Assembly (NCBI GenBank): GCA_964367585.1
Contig: CAYIYH010000003.1
Span: 36,134 to 100,133, forward strand
DNA: 64,000 nucleotides
Reading direction: 5' to 3'
DNA from: an uncultured Oscillospiraceae bacterium
GTDB taxonomy: Bacteria; Bacillota; Clostridia; Peptostreptococcales; Anaerovoracaceae
The position numbers and the translations under genes are program-made. Shown here one piece after another: positions 39,004-47,658 of this stretch (positions within the stretch are counted from its first letter, which is position 1; each line of letters starts with the position of its first letter). The notes below the pieces were generated by a model that saw only the letters and a program-made list of their open reading frames with translations, was not told the DNA's origin and made no database searches.

Positions 39004-40177
39004 AATTATCACCCTGTCCTATAACTGGATTGGTATCTATCTCTTCGCTATTCTTTTCGAAAGAAGTTATCGGTAAAATTACTACAAATTCAACATATCC
39101 ATCTTGGCTCATTGCCTCGATAGTGCCACCATGTATTTCGACTATTTTTTTTGTGATTGCTAAACCTAATCCAGTACCCCCCGTTTCCGATTGTCTAGAT
39201 TCATCACTCCTATAAAATTGATCGAATACTCTTTTTAACTTCTCTTCCGGGAGCGTTTCTCCTGTATTTCTGAATTGCAATACTACATTGTGCCCTATCC
39301 TTTTAAGGAATATATTTATTTCTCCACCTTCTTGAGAATATCTGACGGCATTAGTCATAAGATTATCGATTACACGCTCTATTTTGTCCACGTCGCATTT
39401 TATTTCTACATCCTTTTCTAAATCGAGAGTACATTTAATATTCTTTTTTTCTTGTGCTATAGCATATTCGGATGACATTTGTTCTATGAATCGTGTAATA
39501 TTTATATTCTGATAGTTTAGTTCGATTTCTGATAAATTAAACCTAGTAATATCGAAGAACTCGTTAATCAAGTAGTCTAATTTTTTTGCTTTTTTTAATG
39601 CTATAGATAAATACTTTTCTTTGTTTTCGTCTGACAAATTAGATTCTTCCTTCAAAAGATCTATGTATCCAATTATAGATGTTAATGGAGTTTTCAGGTC
39701 GTGCGCCAAGTATACGATGAGATTGTTTTTTCTCTGTTCCGTCTCAATAATCGCTCTTTTCTTATTTTCGCTTTCGGAAATAATTTGATTCATTTGACGC
39801 TCTATTTCCTTTAAATCATCGGGAAGCGAAATCATTTCCGTACGTCCCTTGCTTATTTCCGCAGTAGCCAATGCGATTGCATTTAAATTCTTCTCTCTTA
39901 TCCGTAACTCTTTTCTGACAAGCAACAATAGAGCAATAGTTGATGCGATGATGATTATAAAATAGTCATTTATCAAAAAAATTCTATATATTCCATCTAC
40001 TACTATATATAAAGTGTACCAAAATTCTTCTCTACCCGGTTCACTTGTAAAATTACTCAAAGTCCAAGCTAATTGATCAGATCCCTCTAAAAGTAATTGG
40101 ACTGTAATTGTGATTACGGCCAACACTATCACAAACTTTATTACTAATTTTCGAAACATCTTATTATTTTCCTCCAT
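38987..40177 (-). CDS. Sensor histidine kinase (VanS/OmpR-partner type)
   Basis: It has two TM segments, an H-box (LAHDLKTPL), an N-box (DNLMTNAVRY) and G-boxes (GGTGLGLAI). The start may be the second ATG at 40159. Confidence 0.85.
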   Translation of the reverse strand: MEENNKMFRKLVIKFVIVLAVITITVQLLLEGSDQLAWTLSNFTSEPGREEFWYTLYIVVDGIYRIFLINDYFIIIIASTIALLLLVRKELRIREKNLNAIALATAEISKGRTEMISLPDDLKEIERQMNQIISESENKKRAIIETEQRKNNLIVYLAHDLKTPLTSIIGYIDLLKEESNLSDENKEKYLSIALKKAKKLDYLINEFFDITRFNLSEIELNYQNINITRFIEQMSSEYAIAQEKKNIKCTLDLEKDVEIKCDVDKIERVIDNLMTNAVRYSQEGGEINIFLKRIGHNVVLQFRNTGETLPEEKLKRVFDQFYRSDESRQSETGGTGLGLAITKKIVEIHGGTIEAMSQDGYVEFVVILPITSFEKNSEEIDTNPVIGQGDNYVSIV

Positions 40178-40240
40178 TTTTAAATCGAGACTAAGGAGCT
40201 AACGTGCTTGCATGACTACTCCGTCGTATCGTGGTTATAT
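40178..40240 (-). repeat. Dispersed ~57-bp repeat, copy 3 (inverted orientation)
   Basis: The reverse complement reads ATATAACCACGATACGACGGAGTAGTCATGCAAGCACGTTAGCTCCTTAGTCTCGATTTAAAA. It fills almost the whole GT2-HK intergenic gap. Confidence 0.75.
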
Positions 40241-40250
40241 CCGTACTCTT

Positions 40251-41240
40251 TTATACTACTTTCCTATGTAAATGAAGCGCATTTTCTCTTTTCTTCAAGA
40301 TCATTGTTTTTGGTATTCTCTCGGTTTCTTCACTGATAATATATACGGGACGGTCTTTGACTTCCTCATATATTTTAGACATATAGTACCCTATAACTCC
40401 TAGGGATATCATCAATATACTACTCATAAACAATGTTGTCAAAATTACTGTCGTAAATCCTTCTAATGCTACTCCGGCAAAATACATCGCAAAAGTGTGG
40501 ATTGATAAGATAGATGCTCCTATCAAGAGTACCATTCCTAAAAATGTAATTGCCTTAAGAGGCATATTTGAAAAGCTTGTAATATTATTGATTGCATAGT
40601 TAATTAATTGTTTTACTTTCCATTTGCTCTCACCATGCTGTCTTTCTTCTACACAGTAATATACTTTAGTGGTTTTAAATCCAACCCAGGAAGATAGCCC
40701 TCTTAGAAACATGTTTTTTTCAGGTAAATCCCTGAGAACTTGTACGACCTTTTTATCGAAGAGCTTAAAGTCTGATGCATTTTCCATGTCTAATTTCATT
40801 GTCCTACTCATTAAGTCATAGAATTTTTTCGATGCGAACTTGTATGCCGAAGACTCGTTACCCCTATCACTCTTTACTCCTTCTACAATTTCATAGCCTT
40901 TCAGCCAAAGGTGATACATTTCGACTATCTTTTCGGGCGGGTGTTGCATGTCACAATCTATTATTACACAACACCCCCCATTTACATAATCAAGACCTGC
41001 TTTCATGGCAGCTTCTTTTCCAAAATTTCTACTAAATCTTACCCCTGTCACATTTTCATTCTTTTTCGCTTCCCCAATTATATACTGATAAGTATCATCC
41101 TGTGAACCGTCATCTACAAATATTATTTCGTAAGGAATATTCTTTTCTACAAAAATCCCTTTTAATCTCTCGCCTATGAGCCTAACTCCTACTGACTCGT
41201 TATACGCAGGAATAATGATGCTGATAATTTTATTTTCCAT
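40251..41240 (-). CDS. Family 2 glycosyltransferase (GtrB/CsbB-like polyprenyl-phosphate sugar transferase)
   Basis: 329 aa with N-terminus ISIIIPAYNE, DDGSxD and DCDMQHPP motifs, and two C-terminal TM helices. Confidence 0.85.
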   Translation of the reverse strand: MENKIISIIIPAYNESVGVRLIGERLKGIFVEKNIPYEIIFVDDGSQDDTYQYIIGEAKKNENVTGVRFSRNFGKEAAMKAGLDYVNGGCCVIIDCDMQHPPEKIVEMYHLWLKGYEIVEGVKSDRGNESSAYKFASKKFYDLMSRTMKLDMENASDFKLFDKKVVQVLRDLPEKNMFLRGLSSWVGFKTTKVYYCVEERQHGESKWKVKQLINYAINNITSFSNMPLKAITFLGMVLLIGASILSIHTFAMYFAGVALEGFTTVILTTLFMSSILMISLGVIGYYMSKIYEEVKDRPVYIISEETERIPKTMILKKRENALHLHRKVV

Positions 41241-41334
41241 AATTTACTCCCCTCTAATAAAACAGATAGCCTAGATATAAAATTACGATACATTCGAGGC
41301 AACTTATTTACACTTAAATCTAGATACTATAGTA

Positions 41335-41787
41335 TCATTCCGAGAATAATACTTTTTCTCTTTTGCTAAAAACAAATACTTTCCCCGTGATATAGTTAAC
41401 AACAATTACTATTGCAGACACTATTATCTTAGATTCAATATCTCCAATAGCGAACAAATACACGGACGACCATATTAGTGCCATTTCCAGGAACATGGAA
41501 AACACCCTACTCCAAACAAAAATTATACATTCTCGAATAATTCCCTTATCTCTGCTTTGAAACACGACTACTCTATTAGCTAAATACGCAAAGATTACTG
41601 CAACTATCCAACTTATGAAATTGGCGAATATAATATCTACATGAAAAAGTCTTGTCGCAAGTACATATACACTCCAGTTAACGACTGTCGTCACGATGCC
41701 AATCATTAAATAAGCAGATATTTCCCGTGTCAGTTTTTTACCTCTCATATCAACAATGACTCTATTCGTTCGAATATTTTGCTCCAT
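41335..41787 (-). CDS. GtrA-family membrane protein (putative lipid-linked sugar flippase)
   Basis: 150 aa with four TM segments and a GtrA-like pattern (...ANRVVVFQS...). GGAGG lies upstream of the ATG. Confidence 0.8.
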   Translation of the reverse strand: MEQNIRTNRVIVDMRGKKLTREISAYLMIGIVTTVVNWSVYVLATRLFHVDIIFANFISWIVAVIFAYLANRVVVFQSRDKGIIRECIIFVWSRVFSMFLEMALIWSSVYLFAIGDIESKIIVSAIVIVVNYITGKVFVFSKREKVLFSE

Positions 41788-41802
41788 TTTTGCACCTCCA
41801 TT

Positions 41803-41860
41803 TGCAACATGGCACCGACTTATAGTTAAAGAACTTATGCTCCTTTGCCCCGATTCAAAA
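41803..41860 (+). repeat. Dispersed ~57-bp repeat, copy 4 (more diverged)
   Basis: TGCAACATGGCACCGACTTATAGTTAAAGAACTTATGCTCCTTTGCCCCGATTCAAAA. It shares the GGCAC, GCTCCTT and CGATTNAAAA blocks. Confidence 0.6.
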
Positions 41861-41898
41861 TACTTTGCATTCTCATCAGTATTACACTCATAAATGCA

Positions 41899-41940
41899 AA
41901 AAACTGTAGCTGATCATATTTTATCAGTTACAGTTTTTTT
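41899..41940 (-). terminator. Bidirectional terminator after the response regulator gene
   Basis: Stem aaactgtagctgat / atcagttacagttt (one mismatch), with A and T runs on both sides. Confidence 0.65.
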
Positions 41941-42007
41941 ATACTTGCGTTTATTCCTAAGTGTTTTTGATTTTTCTATTACTTATTCCTTACGATTTTC
42001 TTACGCC

Positions 42008-42718
42008 TTACTTTTCTATCTTATAGCCAACACCCCATACTGTTTTTACAAACTTAGGTTTTCTGGGAGGTTCTTTCAATTTTTCTCTAAGTCTAGCCAC
42101 ATGTGCCATTACTGTATTATTATTCTCATAAAACTTCTCTTTCCAAACAGCTTCGAACAATTCCTCAGAAGATACGACTTTATTCAAATTCTGACAAAGA
42201 TAGAATAATATAGAAAATTCGATTGGAGTTAATCTTATACTTTCACCATAAAGTCTACAAGTATGCGTGTTTTTTTCGATATAAAGCCCCCGTATGTCAT
42301 ACTCTGCACTTTCATCCTCGATTCTATCTTCTGCCTGCTTACTTGAATTATACTTTTTGTGTCGTCGCAATTGGGTTTTCACTCGGGCAACGACTTCTAG
42401 CGGATTAAACGGCTTGGTAATATAATCATCGGCACCCAAAGTAAGGCCTTTAATCTTATCTGTATCTTCACCCATTGCCGTTAGCATTATTATCGGAAAA
42501 AAATGTGCATCTCTTATTTTTTGACAAAGTTGAAAGCCCGAAATATCAGGAAGCATAACATCTAAAAGTGCGATATCCACACCCTCTGCCGACAAGCACT
42601 CGAACGCATCCATCCCATTATAAAATTTTAGTACATTATATCCGTCGTTTGCAAAATATATTTCCAAAAGGTCTGCGATTTCCTTTTCATCTTCAACTAT
42701 TAATACCGTTTCTTTCAT
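42008..42718 (-). CDS. OmpR-family response regulator
   Basis: It has a receiver domain (LIVEDE...DVMLPD...) and a winged-helix C-terminus (...VWGVGYKIEK). The probable start is ATG 42718. Confidence 0.85.
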   Translation of the reverse strand: MKETVLIVEDEKEIADLLEIYFANDGYNVLKFYNGMDAFECLSAEGVDIALLDVMLPDISGFQLCQKIRDAHFFPIIMLTAMGEDTDKIKGLTLGADDYITKPFNPLEVVARVKTQLRRHKKYNSSKQAEDRIEDESAEYDIRGLYIEKNTHTCRLYGESIRLTPIEFSILFYLCQNLNKVVSSEELFEAVWKEKFYENNNTVMAHVARLREKLKEPPRKPKFVKTVWGVGYKIEK

Positions 42719-42788
42719 AAATGCCCTTTCTCCTAGCCTCGATAAACTCATAGTATATTTACGGAGCCAGTTAATTCTTGCTGTAAAC

Positions 42789-43775
42789 TTATAACTTATA
42801 GTACATTTGATTTTTACTTGTTGGTTTATCAGGATCAGTTGGTTTTATTAATCCTTCACTAATCGCCGGGTCTATGTAATTTTTCCTTAAAGTTTCTTTA
42901 GATTTTACATTTAGCTTCCCCATAATTTCATTAGCGGAAAGTGGGATATCATAGTCTAGTACATTTAGTAAATTCACAACAAATTTATTATTACTTCTAG
43001 ATAAATTAGAATTGCTTAGTTCTTCTAATTCTTCATGTATCATTTTTAGCATAAATTCCACGAAGATAGTTGCGTTGCCATTTTTATTACAAATATTAAT
43101 TGATTCATAATAATCACTTTGATATTTTTTTATCCTTGATTCAACTGGCATAAATTCAAATAACTTTTTATAATTTGACAAAATGACATTTTGCCATAGC
43201 CTCGCTGTTCTACCATTACCATCTGAAAAAGGATGGATAAACACAAATTCATAGTGAAATATTGACGATAAAATAAGCGGATGTACTCTTTCTTTATTGT
43301 TATTTAACCATTCAAATAAATTAGACATTAATGTAGGAACATTATTGTGCGGTGGAGCCATGAAAATACAAATATCATTATCAAATACTCCTACTGCACT
43401 TTTCCTAAAATTGCCAGAATCCGTAGTTAATGATTTAGTAATTATGCCCTGAATTTTTAACAGATCATCCATGCTATAAGGATTCAATTCGTTAATAATA
43501 GAGTACGCCTCATGTGCGTTTTTTACTTCTATGATGTCTGATTCTTTACCTATAACATTTTTTCCATTAATTACATCCTTTACCTGTTCTAAAGTCAAAG
43601 AATTTCCCTCGATTAATAACGAAGAATGTATCGATTTTATTTTATTATTCCTTCTCATTATGGGCATTTTATCTAAATCGTAGTAGTTGTTTATCTTTCC
43701 GATAAGCTCCATTATTTTTGATACGTAGTCTATCATTTCATTTGTAATTTCGTAAGGCGGTTTATATTTTTCCAT
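42789..43775 (-). CDS. Fic-family protein (AMPylase-type) with C-terminal wHTH-like region
   Basis: Canonical Fic motif HPFSDGNGRTAR. Confidence 0.85.
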   Translation of the reverse strand: MEKYKPPYEITNEMIDYVSKIMELIGKINNYYDLDKMPIMRRNNKIKSIHSSLLIEGNSLTLEQVKDVINGKNVIGKESDIIEVKNAHEAYSIINELNPYSMDDLLKIQGIITKSLTTDSGNFRKSAVGVFDNDICIFMAPPHNNVPTLMSNLFEWLNNNKERVHPLILSSIFHYEFVFIHPFSDGNGRTARLWQNVILSNYKKLFEFMPVESRIKKYQSDYYESINICNKNGNATIFVEFMLKMIHEELEELSNSNLSRSNNKFVVNLLNVLDYDIPLSANEIMGKLNVKSKETLRKNYIDPAISEGLIKPTDPDKPTSKNQMYYKL

Positions 43776-43964
43776 ATTTTATTACCCTCAATCATGGTTC
43801 GTTTTAGTGGCACGTCTAGCATCAGAAAAGCGCTCTTACCATGCATATATTATACTACCAAAATAAAAAAGATTCAAGCATCTTGCGTAAATCCTACTTA
43901 TATCTTGCTTATTTTAGATAGTTTTGCTTCTAACTGTTGACAGTTCTATCCCAAAATTGCAATA

Positions 43965-44010
43965 AAAAATCCCCTTATACTCTGCTAATTTAGCATTTAT
44001 GTAAGGGGAT
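43965..44010 (-). terminator. Terminator after the 44043 ureohydrolase gene
   Basis: Stem atcccctta / taaggggat with a long loop; ATTTTTTATT follows on the minus strand. Confidence 0.55.
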
Positions 44011-44042
44011 TGCTTTATACCTTTGCAGTATATTAGAAAGTT

Positions 44043-44978
44043 CTATTTATCTCTGATATATCCCATAAAGCTTGCAACTAACAACATAGCCATATATGCC
44101 GTTCCTTGTGTTCCTGTATCAAGCGTTGGCGCGACTTCTACCATATCAAATCCCACCACCTTGTAGTTTCGACCGATATGCTTTAGAGCATTTTGCAAGT
44201 CTTTGAATAATAATCCACCGGGTTCGCCCGACACACATCCAGGAACAAGACTGATGTCTAAGGCGTCTATGTCTATCGATACGTAGTACTCCATGTCCTT
44301 ATCTAATAATTTATCAAGAAGTTCGCCTCCGCCATCATTGTACTCCTCAACACTCACTAATGTACACTTGTCAGATAGCTTAGTGTTATAAGGCATATCT
44401 CTCAACGTTCTGCCACCTATATGGACGAGTTGTTTTACATTTTCCATTTCCAAAATATGAGATACTGGATGTCCATTGGTATATTTAAAGTTTTCTTCAA
44501 TCGGCAAGTCATCGAAGTGAGCATCGAAGTATATTACGCCTATATTTTTTTCCGAGAAAGCCCTGACTAGAGGAAAGCTAACGGTATGGTCTCCACCCAA
44601 TACAACAAGCAATTTGTTTTTGTCTATAATCTTCTTCGCCATTTCGGTCGTTCTGTTTAGTGATCCTTCTACGTCAGTGGGGATTATACAAACATCACCA
44701 TAATCAACTATCTCTCCATTTTGAATTGAATCGGCTAAGAAACATCTATCTTCGTCTTTATCATATATTCCCAGTGGTGACATTCTCAATGATTGATCGC
44801 GTATTGCGCTTGCACAAAAACGCTGCCCAGCAATATAAGCACATCCCTCGTCAAATGGAACGCCCATTACTCCGATTTTACCTTTTTCATCAGAAATATC
44901 ATCGATATTGACGTGATCCGCTCTCAAAAAAGTTCTTATTCCGCTATACGGATACATTTCATAGTCTTTTGCATTCAT
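44043..44978 (-). CDS. Agmatinase/guanidino-acid hydrolase family ureohydrolase (canonical metal site)
   Basis: All signature blocks are present: VLGGDHTVSFP, IYFDAHFDD, SIDIDALD, GFDMVEVAP. Confidence 0.85.
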   Translation of the reverse strand: MNAKDYEMYPYSGIRTFLRADHVNIDDISDEKGKIGVMGVPFDEGCAYIAGQRFCASAIRDQSLRMSPLGIYDKDEDRCFLADSIQNGEIVDYGDVCIIPTDVEGSLNRTTEMAKKIIDKNKLLVVLGGDHTVSFPLVRAFSEKNIGVIYFDAHFDDLPIEENFKYTNGHPVSHILEMENVKQLVHIGGRTLRDMPYNTKLSDKCTLVSVEEYNDGGGELLDKLLDKDMEYYVSIDIDALDISLVPGCVSGEPGGLLFKDLQNALKHIGRNYKVVGFDMVEVAPTLDTGTQGTAYMAMLLVASFMGYIRDK

Positions 44979-45056
44979 TTGTAGTCTCCCTCCTACAGTA
45001 GTTAAATTGAAAAATCTAAATTTCTCGTCTTGCGTTACGTGACCTTGCTACAGAAA

Positions 45057-46430
45057 CTAGTCTACGATACCTAATAAGTATGTGAATGGTATTAAGACCA
45101 ACATTGCGATAACTGTTCTTTCTATGAATATAATTACCATGTCTCTAAACTTAATTGGAATTCTTGAGTTCAGCAAGAAAGAAATTACTTCTGAAATGAA
45201 CACAATTTGTGTAAGTGCAACTACAGTAACGATGAATCTTAGTTGAATAGACGCGGATTCAGCGATAAGGACAACAGGTAAAAACATGTCAAAGAATCCA
45301 GACGCGATCGCAGCTCCACCTTCAAATGCACCCGGAACTCCGGCAACTTGCAATATTAGGCCAAACGGATATCCTACCCATGTTAATATTGGCGTGTATT
45401 CCGCTATTGCCAAACTGATAACCCCTATTATCATTACGATTGGAACAAGTGTCAACAAAATCATTAAGTTTTGTTGTATTATTTTCTTTACTGTTCCTGC
45501 AATCCCAGCTGTGCTTGCGGCTTTCTCCGCTCCAAGTTGGCAAGAATATGAAACTAAAGACTGCCCACTAGGTCTACTGTCTACAGGGTCTATATTGTTT
45601 TCATTTGTTACCATATACTTATCTGGCAATTTTGACAATGGTGCTAATCTTACAGTAATAACTGCTACGATAAAACCTACCAAGAAAATTGCCGCGAAAA
45701 ATGGAATCAAGTACCCTTCCGTTACGCCTGTCATTTCTCCACAAACTAGCCAAAAAGCTACGCCTGTTGCAGTAAAGCAAGTTGCAATACTTGTTGCTTC
45801 TCTTTCTGTGTAATAACCTCTCGCATATTGGTCATCGGTAACTATCAAGCCCAGTTCAACCATTCCGACCCATGATGCTAATAAGTCTACTGAAGATCTA
45901 CCTGGTAGACGAAATAAAGGACGAATCATTTTGTTTACTAAAGTCCCTAAGAATTCCATTAATCCAAATTCAACGAGTAAAGGCATTAGTATTATAGCGG
46001 GTATTAGTTCGATACCAACTATAACACAAAGTCCTAACATTGTTCCACCAACATTTGGATTCAAAAGCATTTCTGGCCCGATATTGAATGCCACCATTAA
46101 TAGCAATACACTTCCCGCCAATCGTGCGATTAAGTTTAATTTTTTAGCATAAAATAGTTCATAAATCATGCTTTCTTTAGAAAACTTCGCAGGACATACT
46201 AATGATACAACCACCGTACCAATAAATGAAACTGCCGCCATAAGCATAGTGATATATTGTGCCAATGGGCCGAGTGTGTCATGAAACCATGTAGTAATAA
46301 TTCCTATAATTAAAGTAGTCGATCCCCCTGTGTAAAAATCGGGTACTGGACATAGGAAAATAAAAAAACCTAATAATGATAAAATTGCAAATTTAGCGTA
46401 ATTTCTTTTTTTGTCGACGTTATTGTTCAT
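45057..46430 (-). CDS. YjiH-like / Gate-domain membrane transporter (paralog 2)
   Basis: 457-aa multi-TM protein sharing the LMEFLGTLVNKMIRPLFRLPGRSSVDLLASWVG block with the other two paralogs. Confidence 0.7.
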   Translation of the reverse strand: MNNNVDKKRNYAKFAILSLLGFFIFLCPVPDFYTGGSTTLIIGIITTWFHDTLGPLAQYITMLMAAVSFIGTVVVSLVCPAKFSKESMIYELFYAKKLNLIARLAGSVLLLMVAFNIGPEMLLNPNVGGTMLGLCVIVGIELIPAIILMPLLVEFGLMEFLGTLVNKMIRPLFRLPGRSSVDLLASWVGMVELGLIVTDDQYARGYYTEREATSIATCFTATGVAFWLVCGEMTGVTEGYLIPFFAAIFLVGFIVAVITVRLAPLSKLPDKYMVTNENNIDPVDSRPSGQSLVSYSCQLGAEKAASTAGIAGTVKKIIQQNLMILLTLVPIVMIIGVISLAIAEYTPILTWVGYPFGLILQVAGVPGAFEGGAAIASGFFDMFLPVVLIAESASIQLRFIVTVVALTQIVFISEVISFLLNSRIPIKFRDMVIIFIERTVIAMLVLIPFTYLLGIVD

Positions 46431-46439
46431 ACTTTTTAC

Positions 46440-47411
46440 CTACTTTCTATTATATTTCCAAATATACGACAACATATCTAACATCAAACTAGCTGCATAT
46501 AATGATGTGCTTTCATTAGTATCATATGGTGGGCATACCTCCACCATGTCAAATCCCACGACCTTACCTTTTTTTGCGATACCTTCAAAAATTGGCGGGA
46601 TTTCCTCATAATGAAATCCAAAAGGTTGCGGGGATCCACACCCAGGAACTAAGCTTTGATCCATAGCATCGATGTCGAATGTGACATAATAATTTTCAGC
46701 CTTTGGAATATTATCTATGACCCATTGAATTCCGTTGTCTCTAACTTCTTTCATATTCATTATAATATTTCCATTATTTCTCGCGTCTTTCCAGTCACTC
46801 GGTTGAGAACTTCCAATGCCTCTCATTCCTATTTGTACTATTTGACTTACATTCTTCAGTGTAGAAGCATGACGCATTGGACTACCTTGTCCCTCAGAGA
46901 TTCCACCCGGATTAAGCGAAAAATCCAAATGCGCATCAATGTGTATCACACATAGATCTTCATATTTGTCAAAACCTCTAAGTATCGGAATTGTAATCGC
47001 ATGGTCTCCACCAATAGTAAATGGCACGGCTCCTTTTTCGATAATTTTTCTTATTGCACTTTCACAATTAACAAAAGACTGCTCATATTCAGTGTGGACA
47101 ACATCGATATCGCCTAAATCGACAACTTTCCAATTCTCATCCATATAAACTTCATCATCGGTTGGATTGTACCATCCGTTATGAGAGTAGCAATTCCATG
47201 TAGATGCTTCTCTGATTGCTCTCGGTGCGAATCTAGCACCGGGCCTAATCGCTGTCCCCAAATCATAAGGCATGCCAATTACAGCAACATCCGCATCCAA
47301 TTCATCGATATTTCCCTCGTATGGCGCTTTTAAAAACGTTGATATTCCGACAAAAGGATTATGCATTGCCTTTTTCTCATTTGTGGTAAAACCCCAATTC
47401 TCAACCTTCAT
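46440..47411 (-). CDS. Agmatinase/guanidinobutyrase-like ureohydrolase (canonical metal site)
   Basis: Signature blocks TIGGDHAITIP, IHIDAHLDF, TFDIDAMD and GFDMVEVCPPYD. Confidence 0.85.
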   Translation of the reverse strand: MKVENWGFTTNEKKAMHNPFVGISTFLKAPYEGNIDELDADVAVIGMPYDLGTAIRPGARFAPRAIREASTWNCYSHNGWYNPTDDEVYMDENWKVVDLGDIDVVHTEYEQSFVNCESAIRKIIEKGAVPFTIGGDHAITIPILRGFDKYEDLCVIHIDAHLDFSLNPGGISEGQGSPMRHASTLKNVSQIVQIGMRGIGSSQPSDWKDARNNGNIIMNMKEVRDNGIQWVIDNIPKAENYYVTFDIDAMDQSLVPGCGSPQPFGFHYEEIPPIFEGIAKKGKVVGFDMVEVCPPYDTNESTSLYAASLMLDMLSYIWKYNRK

Positions 47412-47574
47412 AATATTTCCCTCATTACTCTCATAATATTCTATTAATTACAATTTTCTATTAATTCAAATATTATACAACAAAAGAAAGTTCGTTCCCC
47501 CGATTTGCTTACACATTTTCTTTTCAATCTTAAAAAAATACTTCCTTTTCTTATTAACTTTCTTCCTAAAATTA

Positions 47575-47610
47575 CAAAAAGAGTGCAAACTCTATTGAGC
47601 AAGCACTCTT
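47575..47610 (-). terminator. Terminator after the AraC-type regulator gene
   Basis: Stem aagagtgc / gcactctt; a T-rich tail follows on the minus strand. Confidence 0.5.
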
Positions 47611-47658
47611 CTTATTATTTCATAATCGCTCATAATCAGCCAAGAGAATAATTCCAAC

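Noticed and set aside
41894-42208. 104-aa plus-strand ORF downstream of the terminator.
   Set aside because: It is largely antisense to the response-regulator gene and has a hydrophobic low-complexity sequence with no SD.
43790-43850. Weak resemblance of ...GTGGCACGTCTAGCATCAG... to the repeat family or to a sigma54 -24 element.
   Set aside because: There is no TTGC at the correct spacing, and only scattered identities to the repeat consensus.
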